This document shows, in pieces, positions 1 through 9,768 of a DNA stretch of 64,000 nt. The first letter of the stretch is position 1. Every line of letters begins with the position of its first letter. A program made the translations under genes and the position numbers. Below the pieces are notes generated by a model that had not been told where the DNA came from, searched no databases, and worked only from the letters and a program-made list of their open reading frames with translations. The DNA lies in the IMG/VR virus record IMGVR_UViG_3300045988_143923; one strand, 5' to 3'. The DNA comes from a virus.

Positions 1-45
1 TTTCGTTTTATTTGCGAAATGTAAAGAAACCGAGGACAAAAACGG

Positions 46-327
46 TCATTCCTCGGTTAATACACTCACATCCGCGTCATATACATCCTCAGCAGGACGC
101 GAATCCTCATAGGTGATGGTCGGAGTCTCCGCGATAACGGGAGTTTCTACGACCGGTTCCTTCGCCGCAGCTTCAGCGGCTTTGCGTGCGCGAACAGTGT
201 CTACCCAGATATTCCAGCATTCGGGCGAGCATGCTACAGCACGCCAGCTGCCGATCTGTTCACACTTCTCGCAATGGTGATACTTTTTACCGCAGACTTT
301 GCAGACTGCGTTCAGATATTCAGCCAT
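46..327 (-). CDS. small Cys-rich zinc-ribbon-like protein (hypothetical)
   Basis: 93-aa ORF; AAGGAAA RBS upstream of ATG at 327; CKVCGKKYHHCEKC...C..C pattern. Confidence 0.55.
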   Translation of the reverse strand: MAEYLNAVCKVCGKKYHHCEKCEQIGSWRAVACSPECWNIWVDTVRARKAAEAAAKEPVVETPVIAETPTITYEDSRPAEDVYDADVSVLTEE

Positions 328-430
328 AATAGTTTCCTTTCTTATTTAATGTGGCACGAGTGCTTCGAGTCGAACGAAGATCGGAGAATTTTGGAGATTC
401 CCAGTTTCCCAATTAGCCTACACTCGCATG

Positions 431-523
431 TGGCAGAGATGGTTGGATTCGAACCAACGAGCGAGAGCGTTACCTCTCTTGGCGGAGTCAAATTCCGCTG
501 CCTTACCGCTTGGCCACACCTCT
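431..523 (-). tRNA. class-II tRNA (long variable arm), hand-folded anticodon UUG, G73, CCA encoded
   Basis: Reverse complement folds as acceptor AGAGGTG/CATCTCT, D arm GCC-AAGCGGTAA-GGC, anticodon stem GCGGA/TCCGC with loop ATTTGAC, ~23-nt variable region containing a GAGAG/CTCTC helix, T arm GTTGG-TTCGAAT-CCAAC. Confidence 0.6.
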
Positions 524-567
524 GTATAAAAAGGGAGGCTCGAAAGCCTCCCGATGAATCAGATAAC

Positions 568-1371
568 TTAGGCTACCAGATAGATGTTCCAGAGGGTCTT
601 GTCCTTGGCACATACGTCGGTCAGAGTCTTAGCGCTGAACGCATGAACAGCCGGCTCGTCACCGATATCCAGAGTGTAGTTGCCGTCGATCTTAGCCTTC
701 GGAATCTCGAGGATTGCATGGTGCTTGATGTTCTCGTCGCACTTCTCAGCAACAGTGCAGTCAACCAGAATGCGTGCATTCTTAGAGAAGTTGTCTGCGA
801 TGTTGGAAATCTTGCGGCCCTCGGTGATCTCGTGGTCATAAGCAACGTAGATCTCGGAACCCTTCTTCAGATCATCAGCTGCGAAGGTGATGGTCTTCTC
901 TGCAGCATTAACAGTGAAGGACTTGCCCTTAACCGGAGTCTCAGCAACAACAGTGTACTCAGCACCCTGCGTGCCATCGCTTGCAACCAGCCAGATGCGC
1001 TTAACCTCAGCACCCTCAACGCCTACCGGAACGTAGGACAGCTTAGCGGTGGTGTCGGTGTCCAGCTCAACGCGCTCGAAGTTCGGAACCTGAATCTTGT
1101 TGTCCTCAGATGCCTCTTCAATGTCAGTACCAGCCTGAGCAGCCAGCAGACCAGCTACGAGGAATGCGTTGTTCCAAGTAATCGTTGCAGCCTTGTTACG
1201 GTCGAGGGAAGCGAGCAGCATGCCCATCTTACCGGTAACATCGCTGGAATCAACGGTGTTTTCCAGAGAACCATCCTTAATCTGGTCGCACAGTGCATAC
1301 AGCTCACCGGTGGTGATGTCGTAGATAGACGCCAGGTCGAAGGACTCCAGAAGGAAATTCTCCATATTCAT
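568..1371 (-). CDS. putative major tail (tube) protein
   Basis: 268 aa from ATG 1371 (RBS AAGGAAGAG); sequence flavour of TP901-1/phi13-type major tail proteins; distal position in head-tail module. The upstream start of the 289-aa ORF lacks an RBS. Confidence 0.5.
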   Translation of the reverse strand: MNMENFLLESFDLASIYDITTGELYALCDQIKDGSLENTVDSSDVTGKMGMLLASLDRNKAATITWNNAFLVAGLLAAQAGTDIEEASEDNKIQVPNFERVELDTDTTAKLSYVPVGVEGAEVKRIWLVASDGTQGAEYTVVAETPVKGKSFTVNAAEKTITFAADDLKKGSEIYVAYDHEITEGRKISNIADNFSKNARILVDCTVAEKCDENIKHHAILEIPKAKIDGNYTLDIGDEPAVHAFSAKTLTDVCAKDKTLWNIYLVA

Positions 1372-1415
1372 AGTGTGTCTCTTCCTTTCTTTAGTGTAAG
1401 TTAGTAAAGGAAACC

Positions 1416-2141
1416 TCAACTCAGGTTCCCTAACCAATTCAGAGCGTCATCGCTGATGCTCTTTTTATCCAACGTGCCGGCATACAATCCGGCCGTCAGT
1501 TGCCTTGCTTCGGTGATTTTCTGTGTTCGCTTTAAGCTGTCATAAAACACAAAAATCCGCACATCCCAAACCGTATCGGGGTTGTATTTGAACCCCTCAT
1601 GGTTGCAGAGTGCGGAAATCAAAGGGAACAGGACAGATTCAAAGTGCGGGTGGCGGCGAGCGTACTTTGCAGCACGTCTCTCCTTGGCCAGCATATATTC
1701 TCTGTCATGCTCGGTTACCGTCTTGACGATCTTCTTCGTCATGGAGTGCATCTGACGAATGAATGACGTGATCTGTTGATAGATCGCGTTATCAACGACG
1801 GATTGTGTTTTAGGATTGTATAAGCGAAGCTGACCGTCCTGTGGGTTGAGCTGCGGCTCATAAGCAGACAAGTCTAAATCTCCGAGTAAAATACGGGTAT
1901 CATCTGGTGTTAAGTTGCGAGTGAGCATCAAGAACAGTTGAAAGTCCGTGATCTCCTCGTATCGGATACCCATGTCATCAAGTGCCACCATAAAGTCGCT
2001 CGGCGAACCACAGATAGCGGAAAGCATCTGAAAATAACGCTCTTCGCCAAAATCTGCAATCTCTCCGAGTGTCGGCTGCCGCACTTGGATTAAGTCATTG
2101 ATGACCAAAGGGTCGCCTCGGTACATTTTCAGGTCATTCAA
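1416..2141 (-). CDS. hypothetical virion-module protein
   Basis: 241-aa ORF, translationally coupled (overlaps upstream stop) within the head-tail block. Confidence 0.6.
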   Translation of the reverse strand: MNDLKMYRGDPLVINDLIQVRQPTLGEIADFGEERYFQMLSAICGSPSDFMVALDDMGIRYEEITDFQLFLMLTRNLTPDDTRILLGDLDLSAYEPQLNPQDGQLRLYNPKTQSVVDNAIYQQITSFIRQMHSMTKKIVKTVTEHDREYMLAKERRAAKYARRHPHFESVLFPLISALCNHEGFKYNPDTVWDVRIFVFYDSLKRTQKITEARQLTAGLYAGTLDKKSISDDALNWLGNLS

Positions 2142-2641
2142 TGAATATTGGCCTGCCCATTCTTCAGGTCATTGCCGCGAATTGCGGTAAACTGCAATGT
2201 TCTGAAATAGTATTGCTGAGCAGACATAACGCCCTCCTGCTCATTTACGAGTTTCAAACGGAACATGCCGAGGCTGCGGTTCCAGTTGAGCGTTTCGGAA
2301 ATATCTCCGGCGAGAATATCGGTGCGCGTACCTTTCTGTCCTTTTACCTGCATATTGGTAATCGGGCAAAAGGCAGTCACCGTTACAAGTAGCTGCTTGA
2401 ATCGGTCGTTCTCCAGCGGGCCATTGGAGTCAATGGTCACACCAATGAAGGTGCCAACCTCTTCCTGAATATTAGCCAGCTTTACATACGGGAAAATACA
2501 AACCCATTCAGCGGTATCTGGGCAGTCAGGGTCAACCTGCTCGTTGTCCAGAATTTCAATGATTTCAGGATTGGAATACAGCAGCTTGATGATCTCTCGC
2601 TTGAGCTTCGTTACTTCGGACTGCTTGTCTCCGTTTCTCAC
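2138..2641 (-). CDS. hypothetical head-tail joining protein
   Basis: 167-aa ORF, 4-nt overlaps with both neighbours; position only. Confidence 0.55.
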   Translation of the reverse strand: MRNGDKQSEVTKLKREIIKLLYSNPEIIEILDNEQVDPDCPDTAEWVCIFPYVKLANIQEEVGTFIGVTIDSNGPLENDRFKQLLVTVTAFCPITNMQVKGQKGTRTDILAGDISETLNWNRSLGMFRLKLVNEQEGVMSAQQYYFRTLQFTAIRGNDLKNGQANIH

Positions 2642-3660
2642 GAAACCACCTCCACATCCAGACTTCCTTCAATATCGCCATGCTTAGCGATAAGCTGAAC
2701 CACTACGCCTTGCAATTCGACAAAATCCATAGCCGCCAGACGAGCGAAAGCGCCGCTCGGTGTCAATGTGAATTTGTCCATCAGTACGCCGTCCACAGCA
2801 ATACTCCACTCAAACTCAGCATCAAGAATCTCATTATCCGCGCTGTCATACAGATGTGCGGTGAACTTCTTAGCTGAACCGCCTTGACGAATCGTTGCGT
2901 TGCCATTATAGGTGAACGTAATTTTTCCGTCATCGGCAGGAGATGGTGTCGGGTCTGGCATTTGCGCCGGTTCAACATAATCGCAAAGGAGCAAGTCCTT
3001 GCGGTCGGTCTTGGGGTTGTAAAGGTCTTGTGTTACGTTGAGCACCAAGAATCCGCGAATCTCGCCGCTCTGGTAAGAACGCGCGGTAATGGTATCGACA
3101 GCAGTAACCTTGTACGTTTTCGGGCTTTCACCGATGATTTCGAGCATGAATCGCTTGTCTACGTCGATAAGAGAGGTCTCTTCGTCGAACGTAACCTGAA
3201 TCTTGTACTCACGACTGGAAACTGTGAGCGGCTTTGCCTCATCCAGATTGGAGTAATACGGCTTTTCGGCCGTAACCCAACGGCGAAGAATCTCGCCGGT
3301 ATGGCGATTCTGCCAGATAAGCTCGCGGTTACAGAGCTGCATAATGCCCTTGGTGTATACTTCTTTGTTCTGATCAACTTCTGTGATCAGCCACTTGGCA
3401 TTAAGTGCATCTACCACATCGCCCGCATAAAAGGTTTCGCCCGGATAGGCGTAGATACGGCGGGTGTTGGTAACGCTCTTGTTTTTTGCCACAATTAGTT
3501 CTTGTTGTTTTCCATTGACCTTCGCTTCCGGCTGATAATCAATCGAATCTTTGAAGTGATTTGCAAAGTCCTTTTGAAGAGCAGCGATACGCGAGTCTTT
3601 GGCGTAAGTGGCTTCTTTGCCGAAACAAATCCAACGGTTTTTTTCCAGCGCGTTCATCAA
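2638..3660 (-). CDS. hypothetical structural protein (beta-rich C-terminal domain)
   Basis: 340-aa ORF coupled to neighbours; no motif I can name. Confidence 0.55.
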   Translation of the reverse strand: MMNALEKNRWICFGKEATYAKDSRIAALQKDFANHFKDSIDYQPEAKVNGKQQELIVAKNKSVTNTRRIYAYPGETFYAGDVVDALNAKWLITEVDQNKEVYTKGIMQLCNRELIWQNRHTGEILRRWVTAEKPYYSNLDEAKPLTVSSREYKIQVTFDEETSLIDVDKRFMLEIIGESPKTYKVTAVDTITARSYQSGEIRGFLVLNVTQDLYNPKTDRKDLLLCDYVEPAQMPDPTPSPADDGKITFTYNGNATIRQGGSAKKFTAHLYDSADNEILDAEFEWSIAVDGVLMDKFTLTPSGAFARLAAMDFVELQGVVVQLIAKHGDIEGSLDVEVVS

Positions 3661-4172
3661 CTTTCCTCCGTTTCGTAGGAGGTATAGTCAATACTGCGCT
3701 GTTTGCCGGTCGTTCGGTCTCTGCGAGCATAACGGTCGAGCTTAACCTTGTTCTCCTCTACGACCGTATTGTACATAGCCATAAAGGTCTTTCGGTCATT
3801 AGCAGGGGAGAATACCTGAAGGTCGCTCGGCGTATATTGGTGCTGGAATGCACGGAGCTTGGAAACATCTCGCTTCAGATAGCCCTCATACATCAGGTTG
3901 GCGAGAAGGTCGATTTCGAAGAGAGTTAAGTCAGCAGTGAAAAACTCCTTTTGTTTGCGCCCTTCGCCTTCCGTATAGGTGTCAGTGAAGTCGATTTCAG
4001 CATCGCATTCCATCTGCATTCTGATTGCGGCGTCGCGGAGCAGAGCTTTTGCTCGCTGAATGGCAAGCATGTAACTCTCTTCATCAGTCGCTTCATAGTA
4101 GTTGAAAAAGTCACGATCTTCTTCAATCAAGTCGAAGAAAACATCATAGACAGATTCACAAGGAGTAGACAT
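3657..4172 (-). CDS. hypothetical head-tail connector-like protein
   Basis: 171-aa ORF, RBS GAGGAGG upstream of ATG 4172; position after capsid genes. Confidence 0.55.
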   Translation of the reverse strand: MSTPCESVYDVFFDLIEEDRDFFNYYEATDEESYMLAIQRAKALLRDAAIRMQMECDAEIDFTDTYTEGEGRKQKEFFTADLTLFEIDLLANLMYEGYLKRDVSKLRAFQHQYTPSDLQVFSPANDRKTFMAMYNTVVEENKVKLDRYARRDRTTGKQRSIDYTSYETEES

Positions 4173-4193
4173 TGGGCGTACACCTCCTCGTGT

Positions 4194-4859
4194 TTACTCA
4201 GCGTCGGTCTTCGCAGCCGGAGCAGCTTTCTTGCGGGTGGTCTGCTTCTTCGGTGCGGGCGCAGTCGCAGTCTGCGATGCAGTCTGCATAGCCGCCAGCT
4301 GTGCCTGGAGTGCAGCCATCTGTTCCATCATCGCCGTAATGCGCGGGTCTTCGTCCTGCTTTGCGCGTTCCTTCGCCTTGCCAAGATTGATCTCAGAGTT
4401 GCGGACGCCACGGTTGATCTCATCATAACGCTGGTTGATAATATCGATCATGCGGTTGGAGATTTCCGCACCATCATCGTTCTGCAGAGCAACCATATGA
4501 CTGCGAACACGATGAATCTCCGCAACATCGGCAATCTTCACGAACCGCGCCGCTGCATCCATATCGTTTTCACGAATAATGCGGTCGATCTCTTCATCGA
4601 AGAGAACCGTGTCCTTCCAGTTGTCGAGATAAAGCGCATGATAAATATCATCTCGCTCTTTCTCATCAAACTGAACACGACCATTGCGGAACACCGGTGT
4701 GCGCGAGTTGATGTATTCCACATCAGAGAATGGCATCGTCAGAACCGTTGGAACCCCACGGCTGCCTTCCAGATAATACTCTCGAAACTGACCGGGAAGG
4801 TTGATAGAACTGATGCTGTGGTTAAATACCTTTACTGGGGTATCTGCTTTGTAATTCAA
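4194..4859 (-). CDS. hypothetical protein with C-terminal coiled-coil and basic tail
   Basis: 221-aa ORF immediately downstream of the capsid gene; AAGGAGAC RBS. Confidence 0.6.
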   Translation of the reverse strand: MNYKADTPVKVFNHSISSINLPGQFREYYLEGSRGVPTVLTMPFSDVEYINSRTPVFRNGRVQFDEKERDDIYHALYLDNWKDTVLFDEEIDRIIRENDMDAAARFVKIADVAEIHRVRSHMVALQNDDGAEISNRMIDIINQRYDEINRGVRNSEINLGKAKERAKQDEDPRITAMMEQMAALQAQLAAMQTASQTATAPAPKKQTTRKKAAPAAKTDAE

Positions 4860-4921
4860 GATTTAGTCTCCTTAGATTTATTTTTGGGCGGACTATTGCC
4901 CGCCCGAACACCAAAGGTGGA

Positions 4922-5923
4922 TTACTTAGCGTAAACTACCTTGGCTGCCTTAGAAATGTCGGTGATGACAGAACCGAACGAGTAGCCAGAAACCTTGATG
5001 TGAATCTGTTCGTTGTTGATGTCGGTCTCCTGCAGAGTGCGGGTCTCGCCACGAGTGATGACCTTGCCGATCTTGCCAGCAGCAGCGAACAGGCGCTTGT
5101 CAGGAATAATGAAGTTGCCGTTAGCCAGCTTCTTCACACCAGACAGACCGAACAGACGGCAACCAGCGTACAGTTCAAACTTGCCGAGCTTGTTGTACTG
5201 GTTCTTCACCTCGTTGGACAAACCGGTTACTGCAGACGGCAGTTTGGTCAGGCCAACAATGTACTTGTTCTGACCAAAGATAGCCGGGGTTTCACCATTC
5301 TCAGCAACATCCATTAGGTAGGTTGCCAGATTGCGAGAAACCGTATCAGACGGAACAGCCTCAGCCTCGTTGAATACGTTGTCGCCGTCAGCCAGAGCCT
5401 TGTCGATAACGTTGATGATGCGAGCAACGCGCTCCAACTCAAATGCCTCGTTGATGTAGGCGATCAGATTAGCGACGGTCTTGTAGCCGCCGCGACGGAT
5501 GTCCTCCAGCTTCAGAGAGGTCTCAGCCTGCAGAGAGCAGAAAGTCGGCTTCAGGACCTTGTGGTCAATGAAAGAACGCGGTACGTTGCCGCCGGTGATT
5601 GCGTCATATACCTCGATGGTGTTCTTCGGGTCAACGGTTACACGGTAATCATCAAACTCGCCGATAGAATCGGTGTCGAACAGCATATCGATCAGCTCGG
5701 ACGGAGCAGAAACGGTCTCTGGAGTGAAGGTCTTGGTAATCAGAGCGGACAGCTCGTGATCCTTGTCATAGCCGGTCTTGCCCAGCTCCTTTACCCAAGC
5801 GTCGGTAACTGCGGAGATTTCCTTGTCCTCAGCGGACAGCTCAGCCGGGGAATACTTTACAGCATTAGCCCAGTCCAGAACACGGCCAGACTGATCCATA
5901 ATTGCACTGATTTCAGTGTTCAT
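4922..5923 (-). CDS. major capsid protein (putative)
   Basis: 333 aa from ATG 5923 (RBS AAAGGAAG); size, position after scaffold/decoration genes, highly biased codon use. Confidence 0.6.
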   Translation of the reverse strand: MNTEISAIMDQSGRVLDWANAVKYSPAELSAEDKEISAVTDAWVKELGKTGYDKDHELSALITKTFTPETVSAPSELIDMLFDTDSIGEFDDYRVTVDPKNTIEVYDAITGGNVPRSFIDHKVLKPTFCSLQAETSLKLEDIRRGGYKTVANLIAYINEAFELERVARIINVIDKALADGDNVFNEAEAVPSDTVSRNLATYLMDVAENGETPAIFGQNKYIVGLTKLPSAVTGLSNEVKNQYNKLGKFELYAGCRLFGLSGVKKLANGNFIIPDKRLFAAAGKIGKVITRGETRTLQETDINNEQIHIKVSGYSFGSVITDISKAAKVVYAK

Positions 5924-5995
5924 GTGTATCTTCCTTTCTTCGAAAAATAGAAAAGAGGAGTACAAGACTCCTCAAATGTAGTTGGTTTACAGGGT

Positions 5996-6442
5996 TTACG
6001 CGACGGTAGAAACCTCTACGCGCACGATCTTGCCCATCTTGATACCGGTCGGATCAGAGTAGATGCCGCGGTACTCGTAAGCGTACTGACCAGCAGTTGC
6101 CTTTACGAACTTGCCGTCCTTAGCCTGCAGCTTGTCGCCAGCCTGCAGGGTCTCGGTGTCCAGCTCGGAAGTAGCATACATCTCGCCCGGCAGGGTCTGG
6201 ATAACGCGAACGCGCTCGCCAGCTTCAGCCTTCTCGAACTCGCCGTCGGTCGGCTCAACGATAGAGTAGATGCCCTCGTACTTTGCGTTTACGTCGCACA
6301 GCTTGGTGCCAAGACCTTCTGCGGTTGCCTTTACGGTCTGGTCCTCAGAGTCAACGTCTACCGGCGCGCCCTTCTTAACAACTGCGGAAGTCAGAAGCAG
6401 CTCAACGGGCTTGCCCTGTACAGTTTCAAGCTCTCGAATCAT
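5996..6442 (-). CDS. head decoration-like protein (DUF2190-like by position and size)
   Basis: 148 aa from ATG 6442 (RBS AAGGAGAA); sits between scaffold/protease and capsid genes. Confidence 0.4.
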   Translation of the reverse strand: MIRELETVQGKPVELLLTSAVVKKGAPVDVDSEDQTVKATAEGLGTKLCDVNAKYEGIYSIVEPTDGEFEKAEAGERVRVIQTLPGEMYATSELDTETLQAGDKLQAKDGKFVKATAGQYAYEYRGIYSDPTGIKMGKIVRVEVSTVA

Positions 6443-6467
6443 GTCAATTTCTCCTTTTCTTTTGATT

Positions 6468-7973
6468 TTAGTGGCGCAGGAACGCACGCATCAGAGATAC
6501 GCCGTCTGCGGACGGTTCATTGACCGTCAGGTTGGAAGTATTGGACAGCTGAACCTGCGGTGCAGATACAGTTGCCTGAATCTGCTGCGCCTGTGCGGAA
6601 ACCACACGGTCAGCAATCATCATCTTCAGCACGGACTCATCCAGTTCGCTGAAAATCTTCGTCATTTCCTCGCTCTGCAGCTCTTCTTCAGTGAACTGCT
6701 TGGAATTCTCTGCATAAGCGCGGAGCTTTGCCTCAGCCGCATCGTGTTCTGCCTTCTGAGCAGCCTCACGGTACGGAGTCAGCGTCTCAACCTCAGCCGT
6801 CAGGTCATTCACCTTCTGGTTGAGAGAAGCAATCGTATCCGTCAGTTCAGCGACCTTGCTGTTGATTTCCGATACGGAAACAGACAGCTTCACGTCAACC
6901 GGGTCAGATACGGTAACGGTATCATCATCGTTTACAACGTAAGATACCTGCATATAGGACAGCTCGTCGCCGCCTTCTACGCGCAGAAGTGCCTTGTGCT
7001 CCTCCGGGAACAGATAAGCCACCCAGTACCAGCCGTCAATCAGGTCGCGTGCGCCCTCATCAATCTTTCGCTGGATATCCCAGTCAGTCAGGGAAGCAAC
7101 TACCGGCTCGCCCTGCGGCTCTTCCGGCTGCGGTTCTGCAGGCTCAGCCTGAGCGGGCTCGATATTCTGCGGCTCAGCCTGTGCCGGCTCAACGGTCGGC
7201 TCAACAGGAGCTACCTGTGCAGGCTCAACAGTAGGTTCGGTTGCCTGCGGGTCAACCTGAGGGTCAACCTGCGGCTCAACCTGTGCAGAAGTCTTATTCT
7301 TCTTCAAAGTTTCGTCCTCCTTACTCGATTTTTGGTCGATCAGGTCGCGGCTCAACGCTTCAGCAACCATCAGCTCATCGGTCTGTGACAAAGAAACAAC
7401 CTTCGCGTCCTTGCCATAAGCAGGGTCGGCAAATTCATAGCCGAGGAAGGTATTGCCCTCAAATTCATAGCCGGTGATGGTCTTTACGCCATCTGCAAAG
7501 CTGTATTCATAGCTGGCAATCTCCCACGAATTGTGGAGTTTCCCCTCGGCAAATAGCCGTTTTATAGCCGCTACAGCGTTTTTATTGCGCTTCCAGATCT
7601 TTTGAGTTGCAAAAAGGCAGGGGAGTGTCTCCAGCTTTCCGTTTACGTCCACCGTGTCATCCTTGATTTCAACGGCTGTATGAACGCCAATCGGAGTCGT
7701 GTCGAAGAACAGCTCTCCATCTGCATCCAGTGCAACTTCGTGACTGCCGAAAGTCGGCTCGCCGTCTGCGTTCGTGCGGCATTTTGCATATACCGGCATG
7801 TCAATCAGAGACTGAGCGCACTCTTCAGCAGTATCGGAGGGAAGCAGAACCGAGTTCAGATTTGGCTCATCGTAGTAGCAGATACGGTTGACAAGCGTAA
7901 GAAACTGAGAATTCTCTTCGTCCTCGCTCAGTTCAATCGTGCTACTGGTCAGAAATGTCTTTTCTTTATTCAT
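6468..7973 (-). CDS. putative prohead protease/scaffold fusion protein
   Basis: 501 aa: globular N-domain, Pro/Glu/Gln repeat linker (VEPQVDPQVDPQ...EPAQAEP; DNA repeats ~7130-7290), coiled-coil C-terminus; lies between portal and capsid. Confidence 0.45.
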   Translation of the reverse strand: MNKEKTFLTSSTIELSEDEENSQFLTLVNRICYYDEPNLNSVLLPSDTAEECAQSLIDMPVYAKCRTNADGEPTFGSHEVALDADGELFFDTTPIGVHTAVEIKDDTVDVNGKLETLPCLFATQKIWKRNKNAVAAIKRLFAEGKLHNSWEIASYEYSFADGVKTITGYEFEGNTFLGYEFADPAYGKDAKVVSLSQTDELMVAEALSRDLIDQKSSKEDETLKKNKTSAQVEPQVDPQVDPQATEPTVEPAQVAPVEPTVEPAQAEPQNIEPAQAEPAEPQPEEPQGEPVVASLTDWDIQRKIDEGARDLIDGWYWVAYLFPEEHKALLRVEGGDELSYMQVSYVVNDDDTVTVSDPVDVKLSVSVSEINSKVAELTDTIASLNQKVNDLTAEVETLTPYREAAQKAEHDAAEAKLRAYAENSKQFTEEELQSEEMTKIFSELDESVLKMMIADRVVSAQAQQIQATVSAPQVQLSNTSNLTVNEPSADGVSLMRAFLRH

Positions 7974-8154
7974 CGGTCTCGTTCACCTCCTTCGTCACGC
8001 CAAACTCCAGACCGCGCTCTTTCAGTTTTTGTGCGATCAGTTCAGCGTTTTCTTCTTCAAAAAAGGCATCCGCTGGTTTGCAGATGCCTGATTTGCATAA
8101 TAGAAAGTAGTCCCGCTTGCAATACGGGCAAACCAGTTTCAGCTTTTTTTCCAT
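7966..8154 (-). CDS. small zinc-ribbon protein
   Basis: 62-aa ORF with CPYC...C..GIC; coupled between portal and scaffold genes. Confidence 0.5.
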   Translation of the reverse strand: MEKKLKLVCPYCKRDYFLLCKSGICKPADAFFEEENAELIAQKLKERGLEFGVTKEVNETDE

Positions 8155-8157
8155 TGC

Positions 8158-9753
8158 TTACTCCCGTGTGTCGTTGTAGGTTTCGTCGTATCCCTGTTTG
8201 TCCGGGTCATTGGAATCAGCCGGTCGGCCGGGTTCGCTCTCGCCGTCAGCGTTGCCATCAGAATTATACGAGGTAGCATACGGAAGGAAGATATCGCTGA
8301 GACCGTCAGCCTCTTCCTTTTCGCGCTTAACCCGTTCATCCTCAAGGTCGATGCCGACCATGCCGAGGGCGGTCTCACGGCTGACAGCAAACGTGCTGTA
8401 CAGCAGCTTACTAAGCTCCATACGCATATCCATGTCGAGCAGTTCAGAATCGATAATCTTTACACTCGGGATATACTCGGCACCAATGCCGTTGAGCGAC
8501 AGAACCTGACGGTAGAAATGTTCCAACATACGCTCTACCTGCTCAGAGATAGAGTTGATACACTTGAGCAGCTGAGACAGGTTGATGTTGGCAGTGGAAG
8601 CCGTCTGGGACTTGTCTGCTGCCAGAAAGGCGACGCCCAGAGACGAAAGAACTTTGTTGCGGTACAGATTTACCGTTTCCGCAGAGGTTTCGTTTACCTC
8701 CGGCTCAACATACTTGATTTCCTTAACGGATGGGCCAGTGGTAACAACAACCGTACTGGCTTTCCACGCTTGCATCAGATTGTCATGGTTGTATGCCTGT
8801 TCTTCAAAACAACGGCGGTCAGCACTGGGTCCAAGACATTTCTCATTCATCACCTGATGGATGATTTTCTTAGCCTTGCTTTTCGCCGTGGTCTCATCTG
8901 CGTTGCGGTAAGTCTCCAGCATCAAAACGGAAGACATTGCGCGGAAGATAGGGGAGACACCATATTTCTTGCCAAAATTATTGACGCGAACCATATAAGT
9001 ATAATTGTTGTCAAGAATGGCATAGGTCTCCTTAGCCTTCATCGCTTCACCGACCTCTTTCGGGAAGGTTGCTTCGACCTCTTCCTGCGTGTCGTTGAAG
9101 AACAGAGGCTTGCGCTGCTTGTTCTTGAGCATGGTCTTCTGTAGTGCAGACTTCAGGTTTTCGATGCCCACCAGCAGAACCGGATTGCCATTGCTCTCAT
9201 ACCCGGAGTTCTCGATAATATCCAACGGGAGCCAATCAATCTGCCAGTTCTCCGTATTGTTGCGAAGCACAGCCGCGAAGTTGCCCTCAATATATGCCGT
9301 GATAATTGCTTCTCGGATAAACTGCTCGACTCGCACCTGAGAGTTGAAATCATTCAGGATAGCCTGTGCTTTTTCCAGCGTTTTGGTCTTGTTTCGGGCC
9401 CCGTTGAAGTTGCGGTACGACAGCCGGATATCCGTGTTGATGTTGTTTTGAATGGACTGTACGACCATGCCAACAATGTCATCAATGTTGATGTACTTGC
9501 GGATAATAGCATTGATACTCTGGACGCTGGACAGGTTGGATTGCGCTCCTTCGCCCAGAGAGGAAATCGTGCTGGTAGTCAGCGTGCTTGCTGAAGCGCC
9601 ATCGTTGAGATATGCGCTGTACATGCGATTTTGCGGGTCATATGTCGCAACAGCGTGCTTGTATCGCTCCGCAGTTTCGCGGTCGGCAAATGAGGTGACG
9701 ATAGTTGCACCATCTTCCGCCTCATCAATCAGCGGCTTTGGATTTTCAGCCAT
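8158..9753 (-). CDS. portal protein (putative)
   Basis: 531 aa, GGAGGTGA RBS, directly downstream of the large terminase; acidic C-terminus. Confidence 0.6.
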   Translation of the reverse strand: MAENPKPLIDEAEDGATIVTSFADRETAERYKHAVATYDPQNRMYSAYLNDGASASTLTTSTISSLGEGAQSNLSSVQSINAIIRKYINIDDIVGMVVQSIQNNINTDIRLSYRNFNGARNKTKTLEKAQAILNDFNSQVRVEQFIREAIITAYIEGNFAAVLRNNTENWQIDWLPLDIIENSGYESNGNPVLLVGIENLKSALQKTMLKNKQRKPLFFNDTQEEVEATFPKEVGEAMKAKETYAILDNNYTYMVRVNNFGKKYGVSPIFRAMSSVLMLETYRNADETTAKSKAKKIIHQVMNEKCLGPSADRRCFEEQAYNHDNLMQAWKASTVVVTTGPSVKEIKYVEPEVNETSAETVNLYRNKVLSSLGVAFLAADKSQTASTANINLSQLLKCINSISEQVERMLEHFYRQVLSLNGIGAEYIPSVKIIDSELLDMDMRMELSKLLYSTFAVSRETALGMVGIDLEDERVKREKEEADGLSDIFLPYATSYNSDGNADGESEPGRPADSNDPDKQGYDETYNDTRE

Positions 9754-9768
9754 GATGTCACCTCCAAG

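Noticed and set aside
274-1404. 376-aa plus-strand ORF overlapping the tail-protein gene
   Set aside because: It is antisense to a well-supported minus-strand gene with an RBS. It has a Leu/Ser/Val/Arg-rich junk-like composition, no RBS, and overlaps a tRNA.
6270-7388. 372-aa plus-strand ORF
   Set aside because: It is antisense to the scaffold and decoration genes. Its Leu/Arg/Ser-rich repeats merely mirror the Pro/Glu/Gln repeat on the coding strand.
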